Assembly (NCBI GenBank): GCA_035221665.1
Contig: CM069144.1
Span: 34,100,001 to 34,164,000 of the forward strand
Reading direction: 5' to 3'
Origin: Okamejei kenojei
Taxonomy: Eukaryota
Length of the DNA stretch: 64,000 nt
In this document: piece by piece, positions 39,331 to 52,244 of the stretch
Numbering within the stretch: the first letter of the stretch is position 1
Layout of the letters: each line of letters opens with the position of its first letter
Translations under genes and position numbers: made by a program
The notes under the pieces: model-generated
What the model was told of the DNA's origin: nothing
What the model saw: the letters and a program-made list of their open reading frames with translations, nothing else
Databases searched by the model: none

Positions 39331-42129
39331 ACCTCTAAAATACGGAAAAAGGAGAAGAGAAACTTGGAAAGGAAAATTCAGATCTCAAAGACATGACTGT
39401 CAAAAACTTTTTTACCAGTGATAGTGGAGAAAAAAAGTAGTGGATAATCTTGAGGCCAAGACTTTGGCGTGCTTATTTCAAAGGATTATATGGATCACAG
39501 AAGGGGAAAGTCTGGTAAACAAAGAGCTTGAAAATGTAGACTTTATTTAACCAATGCAGGTCAATGATTGCAATTGGTGGATGAGCAGAAGATGCAAGTT
39601 AGGACATGGGCACCGGAGTTTAAGATGACCTCAAAGTTACTGAGGCAGCCGGCAAAGTGTGGAAGAATTGTCAAACAACAAAGATATTACGAGAGTTTGA
39701 GCAAAAACAAGAGATAAGATGGTGGAAGAATTGGGTGAAAGAGGTAGAAATGCCAGAGAGGCCATCCGTAATGTGATCCGAAACTGGTCTGACAGTAGGG
39801 CTGGTAACTTTAATGAAGAGACAAGACTGCGCATGTTGGGGGGGAAAAACACATACTGGAGGAAATTAGTATTTTTGAAGGCACTGGGATAGTCAATGTT
39901 TCCGGTCAAGACCCTGCATCAACACCCATACAGGGCTTGACCCATGCCTCTGCATCCACATTTGCTGCCTAACCCACTGAGTTTGTCCAACCGTCTTTTT
40001 TTGCTGCTAATTTTCCATTTTCAGATTTGATCAGCTGCCAAGTAAGAGAATAAAGTTTGTGATTAGGGCATGCTTTTGTGGCAGTGAGCAAAGAAGGATT
40101 TTGGTCTTCCCAAGATTTTATTTCTGTCCATCAAAGGGGAGCTTCTGAGTTGGATACCTATTAAAACTGGATGAAATAACTGATTTGCCAAGTAGGAGCC
40201 TTTGGTAAACAGAAGATGTAATGGTGTGGGAGAGGGGGTCATTATAATAATCATCAAATGGACTGAAAGGAAATGGTTGCAGTCCCACTCAGTTGAGCAG
40301 TGATGGAAGAGATAGTGTGGTCAGATAGTGTTGTCAGATAATTCAGCTCTGACAATGAGGCGAGAGTAACTTTGGATGCCATTATTAACTTTGAGAGTTA
40401 TTTTCAGAGTGACTGGAGAGGCTCCTTCAAGTCCCATCAAGGCCTGCCACTTCCATGCCTACCAGTATGGTGAACACCTATTTTGCTGATTCCTTGTCAT
40501 AAAGCACAAATACACCCAGCTCTTGTCAGCCTTAACAACACATTTTTCTGAATTGTCTTGTAATGCAACGTTAATCTCCCAATAGCTTCTCCACTCCAAA
40601 CTATCGCCCTGGACCAATCATTCCTCTTTTACCAGCGGTTGAAATTGGGAGTAATTACCGTTTGTATGGCTTACTACCACACTAAGTACTTTATATTCGC
40701 ATTTCAAAATCAACATAACATTGTTTTTATTCAATATTAAATATTTCTTAACATTTTATATTTTAGGTATTTCAACATTGGTGGAAAATATATAGCTTTG
40801 AACAGTTGAGCGTCTCAAAATGTTTCGATTCAAATATTGCATTGCTATAAAATTCAAAAGAATGGAGCAATCCACTTAATCTTATACAAAATCATCTTAA
40901 AATTGGCTGAATATAGGGTAGTATTTCACTCACCACGAGAAGAATCCACAGAGTTATGTAGATATCTTTGAACACTGGTTCAGTTAGTCCTTAAAATTCT
41001 TTTAAATGTAATTATGTTGTTCCTTAATGTCATAGATATGCGATCTATGACATTACAATCATTGCTAACATTGCTGTCCTTGTTCGTTGTTACAGTTTGT
41101 TAAACAAATAGAATTTTAAGCCTTGACGTAAATTGCTGAATTAACTTCAAAAAATAGCTGAATTGTGAGCAAGGCAGATAAAATTATGGAAAGATTACAA
41201 TTAAAAGCAAAAATTTACAAAAGCTGTGGGGGCTCTGGTAAGAAGAGTTCAAATTGCAAAAACACTTTTACTAAAGAAACATTTTACACCTGCCAATACT
41301 GATATTGACTTATGGCTGCTGTTGACAACCCGTTGCTGTCAGCCATTATTGTGCATCAAGGATCGGAGAAAAGGCCAGGCAGCACTCAGGACTGATAAAC
41401 GGACGGATCACTGCCTGTCACATGCAGGATGGGGGGTGCTGTCCCAATCCAATCCCAAGCCCTTCGTCCAATCCCAAGCCCTTCGGCTCACCGAGTCCAC
41501 GACGACCATCAATCACCTCTCTAGTTCCTTGGTTATAATAGATTAATTATTAATCTCAAAAATATCTTGCCTACTGTACTGTGGTTCTTCATATGGTTTA
41601 CAATGCAAATACAATATTATACCATGGATTATTTACTTTTCGAAGTTAGTAAACGTGCTTTGTTATTTTTGAATGAATTGCTTTATTTTACTCTGGATCA
41701 CGACTCTACCCCATTTATACAATTATTGTCCAAGAAATAAATGCTGCTCTTTCTCTTACCAAAACACATTATCTTATGTCCGGTCAAATTAATTTAACAC
41801 TTACAAACTCATTCAACAAGTTTATTGCGGACATTGAACGTTGTCTATGGAACTGTTTTGCACTCTATCTTCCCCTTGTATTGTAGCTATCTGATTGGAT
41901 AGCATGCAAAACAAAGCATTTCACTGTACAGCAGTACACTTGACAATAATGAACCTAAACCTAGGAATGAACGGAGTAGGACACGTCTTTGATTATGTTG
42001 GCTGCTTTTCATGACGGTGTGAACAGTAGATTAAGTCAGTCTGTGTGATGGACTAGGCTAGAGCTGAATTTGGCCGCATAGTCGTGAGTGCATAGAGAGT
42101 ATAGTGGGGGACTGAGAACATCAGCAGGG

Positions 42130-42220
42130 AGACACAAAATGCTGGAGTAACTCAACGGGACAGGCAGCATCTCTGGAGAGAAGGAATGGGTGACGTTTCG
42201 GGTCGAGACCCTTCTTCAGA
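42130..42220 (-). ncRNA. Penelope-terminus unit with intact minimal hammerhead ribozyme motif
   Basis: Reverse complement of 42192-42219 = CTGAAGAAGGGTCTCGACCCGAAACGTC, followed by acccattccttctctccagagatgctgcc..ccagcattttgtgtc. Confidence 0.72.
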
Positions 42221-42857
42221 GTCCATAGGCGAGGACCTCAGAATGGAGGAATGAAAGTGAGAGGTTAAAGATGTCTGCAGCTGGTCTGCACAAGTCCTGA
42301 ATACACGGCCATGTGGACTCGTTTATTTCTGCAGATTCACTTTCATGAAGGCTAATCCTGCATCTGTCACCGTAATCATTGGCACAGACGCACCCTAGAC
42401 TTATGGAGCATTGAGCTCATCAGGAAAGGACTCGTTGTTGCCATCAATACTACCAGACTAGCTTGTTAATGCATGCAAGCTTTTCCACAATCTAGGAATG
42501 TGTGTCATTGCTTTGGGACTCTAATTTGGTTCAAAATTCCTTCTTGGCATTCTTAATGGCTCTGCAATGGTCATAGATAGATTTATTGTAGCACTTGGGA
42601 TAATTTGAATGGACTGATAAAGCAGGAGCAGGTACAGGAATTTAAATGTACAGGTTTTTTTATGGGATGGGGAAGTGTCACATTAATATTAAGGGTCATA
42701 TGTTCCACATGCATCATTACCATAAATATTATGTTTTGGTTCAGGTAATAAGGTTTTGGGGATGCTAGGTAATGTCACTACTGGCCCCAATTTGTGCATG
42801 CCCTGTATTAAAGTATGAAAATGGCAGTACTATATACTTGTATTCATTGTTACACTA

Positions 42858-43570
42858 TCATATACTTATTAAAAGTCTGATCTTATACGTGTGTGTATAT
42901 GTGGCTGTCTTTACATCTTTGCAAAAACACTACGCAGTCATGATTACATTTTTACATATTCCGAACGACATATTTCCCCTCGAGGCCGGTTCACCTTATC
43001 TGAACATTTTAATGCTTTATTTCTTGCCTTATTCGCGACTCAATACTGATTAAAAGTCCAAAAAAGCCAAAAAAACATTGAAATTAAAACGACCAGCTTC
43101 AACTGATGACGTCACAATGGCTCGACTGGCAGTGATCAGCCTCACTGAAGATTTCATCCTATATTTGACACGTTACTCGCGATTAAAGCTTTAAAAATGT
43201 CAACTTTCACAAGATTTTTACATATTCTGATTCACATTTTTCCCTCTAGAGGCCGAGATCACCCTCACTGAACATTTTATGCTTTATTTGACATTACTGA
43301 TTAAAGTTTAAAAAAATTCAAAATACTTTTTCAAAACGACCAGCTTCAAGTGATGACGTCACAATGGCTCAGCTAGCAGGGGGAGGGCGGATTGCTATTG
43401 CAACGTGCGGGGCAAGTGAAACTGGATTTTTTTTTAAAGAGCACTGCTGAGGGAGGCAAGGGGAGTGCTGGAATCTTACGTTCGGGAATGGCTTGAGTTG
43501 GAGGACCACGCCTCCCGTGGGGAACGGATGTGTTGGGGGAGCAGACCCAACGTGTCTGCACTTGGTCTGG
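42858..43570 (+). mobile_element. Non-autonomous Helitron, complete, with internal ~245 bp duplication
   Basis: A|TCatatacttattaaaagtctgatc ... gcagacccaacgtgtctgc hairpin + acttggtCTGG|T (CTRR end, A/T target, no TSD). Confidence 0.78.
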
Positions 43571-44135
43571 TATACTTATAAAAGTCTCATCGTGTGTGTG
43601 TGTGTGTCTGTGTTTCTGTATGTGTTTTACCACCTTCGTCAAAACGTTATGCACTAGAGTTAATCTTTACAGATTGTTATGCACATTAGCCCGGTCGACG
43701 CAATAAACAGGTTCCCTTCACATGTCATGCTATATTTCAAAAGTTATTCATCATTAAGGTTTTTTTAAAAAGCGAAACAGCCTTTCAAAAAAAAACTCAG
43801 ATTCTTCAAGCAGCTTCAAGTGATGTCACAATGCACCCGCAAGGGGAGGGGGTCACCGCCCTCTCCACTTCCCCAACGGTTTTATCTTCATAAACCACTG
43901 ATTCTTCTCAAGGGGTGGGCTAGCCGCCACGCTGGAATGTTCTGGAACCCCCCCCCCACCTTTGCCTGGCCCAGTAACACTGAAGATGCGGCCTTGCCCT
44001 GGTCGGCCCGCGGCCTCACTCGGGCCGGCGCCCGCTGCGGCCTCGCTCGGGTCCACACCCGCCCGCAGCCTCGTTCAGTTTGGCCCGTGGCCTCGCTCGG
44101 GTCGGCACCAAACCACCGCCTTACCCCGTTCCACG
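43571..44135 (+). mobile_element. Second Helitron copy directly in tandem, 3' end not seen
   Basis: tatacttataaaagtctcatcgtgtg.. starts immediately after the CTGG end and shares cagcttcaagtgatgtcacaatg with the previous copy. Confidence 0.65.
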
Positions 44136-45612
44136 CCAACCCATGACAGACAAATCTTCATCGTTTTACGACCAATCTTGACATCAACAATGTGACATTA
44201 AAAATGCTGCCACATTTAGTCGCGAATATTTAATCCATAAATAAACTTTATATGGACCCTCATACATATATGTTTTGATAATGATCTAGGGAAATATCTT
44301 CATAAATACCCGAAGAAAAATACAGTAACATAAAAATAATACAGTACAGCAAAGATTCCGTAACGGTCGTTGTTCTTGGTGTCCATTGTCACAACGGCCG
44401 TTATCGGGGTCAGTACCTCCTTAAGTTAAATCACGGAGGCTCCAAACCACTAATGCTTTTCAAAAACCCAACAAGGTATTCTATGGTAGTAGCGATTTTT
44501 GGGCGAGTTAATTCTTTTTTCTTATTTTCCAATTTAATATATCAAAAACATCATGGTGTCAAAATCGCAACGACCGTTTACAATATTTTCCGACTTTGTT
44601 AAAGCAATTTTTTAAAAAAATTGCATCAATGTTTACCTTTCGTACGGGTCAAGTCGCTAACTTCATTCCTTCGTGTCAACTTCGAGAAGCTCCGCAACGA
44701 CCGTTCCGGAGACATTTTACTTAGTAATAAAATCAGCCCAAATCAAACGTTCTGACGAATCATTGGCCATCGATATAGTCAAATCCATAAGGTAATGTAC
44801 CGTTTAGATCATATTGGTGAAAATGTTTGGTCTTCACTAATAATGTAACGTTAGTTTTCTGGGACACCAAACCTTTTGTCCACTGCAATGTACGTTTGTG
44901 TGTATGATGTGTAACGCGCGTTGCGGTGTCCACTCAGATGGTTGCAGTATTCTACTACATGATCAGGTGAATGAAGTGGAAACGGTGTTTGCAATTTTAT
45001 TGTTCCATTTGGTATTCATAAACATAGAAAGGAATAAGAAATACATGTAGATGTAGAAGTTCAACCATGTTCACATTCAGTAGCAGAGTAGATGTAATAA
45101 GCCTCCTGCAGTATTTTTTTTTCAAGTTATCCAATGGTTAGCAAAATTGAAAATGAGTGAAATTGGATACAGTTTTGTGATTTGGGTAAGAAAGTAAGGA
45201 AAGATTATTGATAAACAGCATATTTTCTTCCAGGGAGTTACAAATCGCTTCTCCAAGAATTCGTGCTTTTGCTAAGAATAAGTATCATGGTATCTGGGGT
45301 TGATTATGTTACGGTTTAACTACTTTCTTGAACTCTGGTACAGACTTGAGATTGAATGTCCTCAGATTTTCTGCTTCATAGGATTTAAAAGATTATATTG
45401 CACTTGTAAGAGTCATGTCCAGCATATTTGTTTTCAGTGAAATACTAAAGCTTTGTCTTTTAAAATCTACCTTGCATCTTGCATAATATTGTAAATGGTT
45501 TGGTATTTAGGGCACAAACAATTATGGAAATGAATGCCAATGTTGTGTCATACTATTACAATACTTTACATCTTTAGATTAAAAACAGAATAACATTGTG
45601 ATTTTCTCATAG

Positions 45613-45843
45613 AATGCACGCATGGACCCAGAAGAGCTCTTTACGAAGCAGGAACGGATTGGGAAAGGCTCTTTTGGTGAAGTATACAAAGGAATCGAGA
45701 ATCACAGTAAAGAAGTTGTGGCAATCAAAATCATTGATCTGGAGGAGGCAGAGGACGAGATAGAAGACATCCAACAGGAGATTACGGTGCTCAGCCAATG
45801 TGATAGCCCATATGTCACCAAGTACTATGGCTCTTACCTAAAG
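45613..45843 (+). CDS. STK25: STK25 coding exon 2 (kinase subdomains I-IV)
   Basis: ttctcatag|AAT GCA CGC ATG GAC.. = [77 protein letters not shown]; 231 nt; donor AAG|gcaagt. Confidence 0.93.
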
Positions 45844-46030
45844 GCAAGTAAAGGAATTGTTAAATCCGACATCGGCACCATACCATTTAAACCAGTATAT
45901 CTGCATTCATAGTTTTCAAAGTAGAGTTTGCTTGTTAATTTCCACTATTTAATATATTTAAAAGTAAATTTCAAATTCTCCACTCTTCTTCTTGAGAAAT
46001 ATAGTGATGGGGTTCATTAACATGGAGAAT

Positions 46031-49000
46031 TATTACTAATTATTACTATTATTACTTTTTATCTGAGTGGAATCATCAATTAATACAAAGGAGATATATA
46101 TATGAGAGAAAATCAAGAGTCTTGGAATTTGTCTGTTCAGGGTTCAGGTGTTGGGTCTGGTGTGTCGAGCTGTACCATCTGCTCTGGTACACATCTCTTT
46201 AGATAAATGATGCAAGACTTACACATAAATACGGGGAATGGAGGAATAACGTTTTGTAGCTGGAATGTTAAAGGTATTAGAATATTTAAAAGCACTCAAA
46301 ACAGGCGTTGCGTTTATCCAAGAGACACACTTGAAAAAAGAGGCAGAATATAGACTAAAAGCCAAATGGATTGATAAAGTATATCACTCTTCTTTTACAC
46401 ACAAATCTAGAGGTGTAGCAATATTAATTCGTAAAGGTACTGCATTTAAACATACTTCAATAATAACAGATATTGATGGTAGATATATTATTGTAATAGG
46501 AGAATTATATACACAAAAGGTGATTTTTGTTAATATATATGGCCCAAATTTTGATAGCCCGCGATTTTTTTAAAAATTATTTAATACAATCCCAGAATTA
46601 TCACAGCATAATCTAATAATTGGAGGAGATTTAAATTGCACACTTGACCCTTATTTGGATAGATCATCAAAACAACGAAAACTTAAATCACATTCCAGTG
46701 AGTTAATAAAGCATATATAGACACCAGTAATATTAAAGATGTATGGAGATTGCAAAATCCAACAGGACGCGAATACTCATTTTATTCAGCCGTGCATAAA
46801 AGTTATTCAAGAATAGATTATTTTTTGGTAGATTTAAAACTTATTCCACTTACGTATAATTCAAAATATCATAATATTATAATCTCAGATCACGCACCAT
46901 TAACTTTTAAGATGAAACTAACGGATAAAATGGATAAACAAGATAATTGAGATTTAAACCCACAAATTTTAAAGGACAAAATAACTCAAGAATATATTAC
47001 AAAACAGATCAAGATCTTCTTTGAAACAAATGATACACCCGAAATATCATCATCCCTCTTATGGGAAACTTTTAAGGCCTATATTCGGGGAATTATGATA
47101 TCTTCTCAAGTATTTTATAATAAAGAGAATAGGAAGCTACAACAGGCATTGGAGAGAGAGATTAAACAATTAGATACAGAGAATGCCATTAATCCATCTA
47201 CGACCAACCATGATAATTTTTTTGCATTGAAATATAAACTAAATAAAATACATTCAGATCAAGTTGTAAAACTATACCAATATACCAAACAAACTCAATT
47301 TGAATTCGGTGATAAACCACATAAACTACTGGCTCGTCAGTTAAGAAAACTGGAAGGAGAAAAATTAATATATAGGATCAAATCAGATAAAGGAGAATTA
47401 CTAACACAAACTAAAGATATAAACGAAAGATTTTTGCAATATTATAAAAAATTATACTCAGCTAAAACAAAAGAAAATCGTATAGGAGTAGAAATATTTT
47501 TGAAAAATTGTAATCTAAATGGACTAAATTTAGAAGATAGGGAATTATTAAATGTCGAAATAACTACTAAAGAAATTGAAAGAAACTATTAGATCATTAA
47601 AAAATGGTAAAACTCCAGGACCAGATGGTATTGGAGCAGAATTTTATAAAAGATTTTATGACATGATAGCCCCACGTTTGAAGACACTATATGAACACAT
47701 TTACACACAACAGAAATTACCAGACACATTAAATGAATCTATTATAACCCTTATACCTAAATTAGATAAAAATCTCGATGACCCAGGGTCATATAGAGCT
47801 ATATCTCTTTTAAATACTGATCAAAAAATATTAACAAAAATATTAGCACAAAGATTAAACAAAGTGATTAATAAATTAATTCATTCAGATCAAACAGGAT
47901 TTATACCAAAACGATACTCTTCAAATAATTTGAGAAGATTATTTAATATTATATACTCTAAAAGAAATATTACGAAGGATTTATCAATTATCTCATTGGA
48001 CGCAGAGAAAGCTTTTGATCAGATTGAATGGTCTTATTTATTTTCGGTTATGGAATCTTTTCAATTGGGAGAGAAGTTTTATAACATGGGTTAAATTACT
48101 ATATACTAGACCAACAGCTAGAATATTAATTAACCAAGTGTTAACAACGAAATTTAACTTATTCCGAGGTTGTAGACAAGGTTGCCCTTTATCTCCACTA
48201 CTGTTTGCACTTGCAATAGAACCATTAGCAAAATCTGTGAGATCAAACCCTGAAATATATGGGTATGAAACTAAAGAAACTGAAAATAAAATCTCATTGT
48301 ACGCAGATGATGTATTACTTTATATCACAAAACCAGAAATTAGTCTTCCTAACTTGTTAGATTTGATAACCCAATTTGGATCGTTTTCATGATATAGAAT
48401 TAATTGGAATAAAAGTGAACTTATGCCAATAATGGGAAATAATTTACATATATTACAACAATACCCTTTTAAGATTGCAAATGAAAAAATTAAATATCTT
48501 GGAATTTATGTAACAAAAAGATATAATTTATTATTTAAATCTAATTTTTTACCCTTATTGAATAAACTATTTAAGAATATTCAATATTGGAAAACATTAC
48601 CTATTTCAATGTTAGGTAAGATTAACGCGATAAAAATGATTTTTCTTCCACAACTACTATACTTGTTTCAAATGATCCCGATATATCTTCCTAAAAAATT
48701 TCTTTAAGAAAGTGGACTCCATGGTTACTAATTTTATTTGGGATTATAAGAATCATAGAATAATTAAAAAGCAACTATGTAAATCAAAAATAAATGGTGG
48801 TTTTGCACTGCCTAATTTTATGTTTTATTATTGGGCAGTTAATATAAAAAATATGAATTTTTGGCTGGGTGAATTAGATAAACAACCAAATTGGTTAAAG
48901 ATGGAAAAAGAAGACTGTACCCCGTTTGAAATTGGTTCGATTTTATTTGCTAATACTCCAATACATAAGAAATCATATAAAGAAAATCCATTAATAGAAA

Positions 49001-50296
49001 GTGGAATACGTATTTGGGAACAATTTAAAAAAACATTAAAATTACAGAATATACCACTAGCTCTTCCAATAGTAAACAATATCTCTTTTAAACCTTCACT
49101 GATGGACAAAGGTTTCTTAAAATGGAAGAACTACGGAATAAATAAGATTGGTGATCTTTATAGGGAAAATTTATTTCTCTCATTTCAGGAATTACAACAA
49201 AATTATGGATTACATTTTAAAGAATATTTTCGATATCTTCAAATTAGAGACTATGTTAAATCAAATACACTGGATTTTAGGAATAGAAAGACAGAAATTT
49301 TAGATGAATGTTTAAATAAACATCCGAATACTGAGAAATTAATATCATATATTTATAATATTTTATTGGAAAATGATTTACCAAATACGGATAAATATAG
49401 ACAAGCATGGGAAAATGAACTAGGTCAAGTAATCAGTAGAGAAGTATGGAATGAAAGTTTACAATATATACATCATTGTTCATTAAATGCTAGACACTCC
49501 TTGATACAATTTAAAGTTATACATAGATTACATCTCTCAAAGTCCAAATTAAATAGAATTTTCTCAAATGTGTCTGCAATATGCGATAAGTGTCAACAAT
49601 TAGAAGCTAATTTAACGCACTCATTTACAAAATGTATAAAAATCAGTAATTTTTGGATAGAGATTTTTAACATAATCTCAACTGTAGTTAATGCAAAGTT
49701 AACTCCAGACTCAAAACTAATTATATTGGGAATACTGGAAACAAACCAGATATTAACAACACAACAAAGAATTTTTATCGGTTATAGTTTAATAATCGGT
49801 AAAAAATTAATACTAAGATTTTGGAAAGGTCCTACTTCCCCCACAACTAAAATGTGGATTACAGAAATGTCGGAGACATTGCACTTGGAACGATTAAGGC
49901 TTGCCCTGATGGACAGGCTGGACCAATTCAGAGGAATGTGGTCTCCATTTATTGAATATTTAAAGGGTCAAGATGGTCCAGTTCGAAGCCATGACGGAAG
50001 CCTGAATACATGAATGGATGAAGAATTATAGACAATAGTTCATAAATATATCTCCATTGAAGAATACCTTGTTTAATATTCCACTCAATCAGTTTATCTC
50101 TCTTTTTTTTCATTTCTTTTTCTCAACTGCTATAAAATAAAAAAGAAAAATTATAGAAGTACAAATAAGATTGACTGTTAATTTTAAAAATATTAAGAAT
50201 GTATGTGACGTTAATATTTTCCTTTGTTTTAATTGAATTTTATATTTCTTCTTAATATGTAATTACTTCTAATAAAAATATCTTACAAAAAAAAAA
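46031..50296 (+). mobile_element. L1-clade LINE, 5'-truncated (no ORF1), with polyA and 12-bp TSD
   Basis: TSD aacatggagaat at 46019-46030 and 50295-50306; AATAAA at 50271 followed by an A tail. Confidence 0.93.
46207..50013 (+). pseudogene. L1 ORF2 (AP endonuclease, RT, CCHC zinc knuckle), disrupted
   Basis: SWNVKG, IQETHL, SRIDYF, SDHAP, KTPGPDG, YRAISLLN, LDAEKAFD, GCRQGCPLSP, YADD, CDKC..H..C; several frameshifts and stops (46948, 48390). Confidence 0.92.
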
Positions 50297-50434
50297 CATG
50301 GAGAATCGTCTGGTGAGAAGGCTTGAACTTGCTGAACTCTGGACAGGTAGTTGAGGGTTAGTTGCTTAGTAAGAGCAGTGGAAGAATTATCTTCAAAGCA
50401 TAGTAGACTATTACTTCCGCCCTTGGAAGGGGCC

Positions 50435-50510
50435 CTGTTTTGACTTCCCCCAGAAAATGGCACCTCTGACAGTGCAGTCCACCGCCAGTACTGAAACATC
50501 ACCCTGCACT
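50435..50510 (-). mobile_element. Deu-domain SINE remnant (SacSINE/AmnSINE-like)
   Basis: Reverse complement cagtactggcggtggactgcactgtcagaggtgccattttc resembles the Deu core as I recall it. Confidence 0.55.
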
Positions 50511-50945
50511 TCCTACTCCAATTTTTGAAGCAGATTTCTAGCATTTATCTGTGAAGGTTCCAAATATTCATAGATATCCAATTTGTATGACTAACAACAT
50601 GAAACTTTTCTCCTCAATTTATTTTTTTGTGTGGAATATCCAGCCAAATAAAAAAAAAAAATGCCTTGGTGGACTGAAAATTTATGACAAAATCTGGGTA
50701 CAAGAGACGGACATTGGAGTATCAGTTATGATGCAAAAACACAAGTTTAGTTGATATTAATTCTTTGCCCTCTTCATTATATCTGATGCCTTGCCATTAA
50801 CCCATACTTATCAGACTGATGCACAAAAATACAGAGGCACGGTGTTTCAATTACGTCTTTGGAAACATTTATTTCCTCAAGAATTGTGTGTATGACCGAA
50901 TTGAATAATACTTGCCACACAATTTAATCAAGTGAAGCAAATCTT

Positions 50946-51161
50946 TGTTTCTCTAATTTCTTCTCTAATTTCAGGTAATCCTTACTTTCTCCTCCCCTTC
51001 TCAGCTCTACCTCAGCCCACTGGCCACCTCTTCCTTTCTTCATCCCACCCTCCCACCCTCACATCAGTCTGAAGAAAAGTTTTGGCCCGAAACGTTGCCT
51101 ATTTCCTTCGCTCTATAGATGCTGCCTCACCCGTTGAGTTTCTCCAGCACTTTTGTCTACC
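50946..51161 (+). mobile_element. Penelope pseudo-LTR-like terminal unit with hammerhead remnant and TSD
   Basis: Contains the ORF end TTCTCTAATTTCAGGTAA (FSNFR*), a pyrimidine tract, then ctgaagaaaagttttggcccgaaacgtt; TSD gtgaag(c/g)aaatctt at 50932-50945 and 51162-51175. Confidence 0.82.
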
Positions 51162-52244
51162 GTGAAGGAAATCTTAGCTGGGTTAGAGTCAGCTATAAGT
51201 GAGTGTAGGTTTCTTGAAAAGTACTCAGGAAGTGACTTAATTACCTTCTCTAAAATACTGCAGGAAAAAAAAATCATTTATTTGATTAGCGAGCCAAATG
51301 CTTTTATATTATTGCCAAGGAAGTAAAGTAATCTTTATTTGATTTCAATGTAAAAATGGCATTGCTGTATCCAGAAAATTTGAATGCAGCTTATGAACTA
51401 CCTGTAAGTATTTTGAATGTATCACTTTCAAAAAGAAACTTAAAAAGAATTGTCAGTAGTTAATGTTCAATTTTAAAGGAGGTGGGGATTTGGAGGGATC
51501 AACCAGAGACAGAATGTTGAAGGCAAATACACCTTAATCAAAGCAATGAAGAAATTGTGAACCATTAAGTACTGGAGAAAGTTGCAGGAACAAGACAACA
51601 TAATTTAAACATTATTTTGAATTTGAGTTGTGGGATCAGAAACCAATGTAGGCCAACAAAGCTGGAAAAAAACTCTGTAATTTGATTAAGATGTATTGAT
51701 TTGGCCAAGCTGCTTTGACATGTTTTGTCTGGCATCACCCAAAGTTGTTTTTTTTTTCGTATAGAATCAGCTATATAAAGTGTTATAATGCATCATCTTT
51801 TTCACATTTTTTTTCAAAAATTGACTGAATAATAATATTGAGGTATGTTACGTTGTGTTTCCTGTGCAATTTTAGTAATACTGAAAGCTGCTGGACAGAA
51901 TGAATAAGGGTGTAAATCAGGAACAACTTTGGAAATTATGAGTGCTGAAAGGAGAATTGGCAGGTGAAATGAAAGAAAAAGCAAAAAGAATGTTATTAAT
52001 CAAATGATGAGGAAGAACCAGTGAATTTGATAAAGTGGCAAATGGAATTCAGTCCTGAGAACTTTCAATAAGGTAACAGCAGGAGGTTGGTCATCATGTT
52101 TGAGCAAAAGATAAAAATATGAAATAACTTTTCATCCTTGAGTTAGATAAGATGCCTGGTATGGTATGTGGAAAAATAAGGCTGGTAAGAGTGCAAGGGA
52201 AGAAATAAGGGACTGATCAGCAAACTGAAATCTGCGGCAGAGTT

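Noticed and set aside
45844-45912. ORF-track extension of kinase exon 2 (ASKGIV..)
   Set aside because: Intronic read-through past the GC donor.
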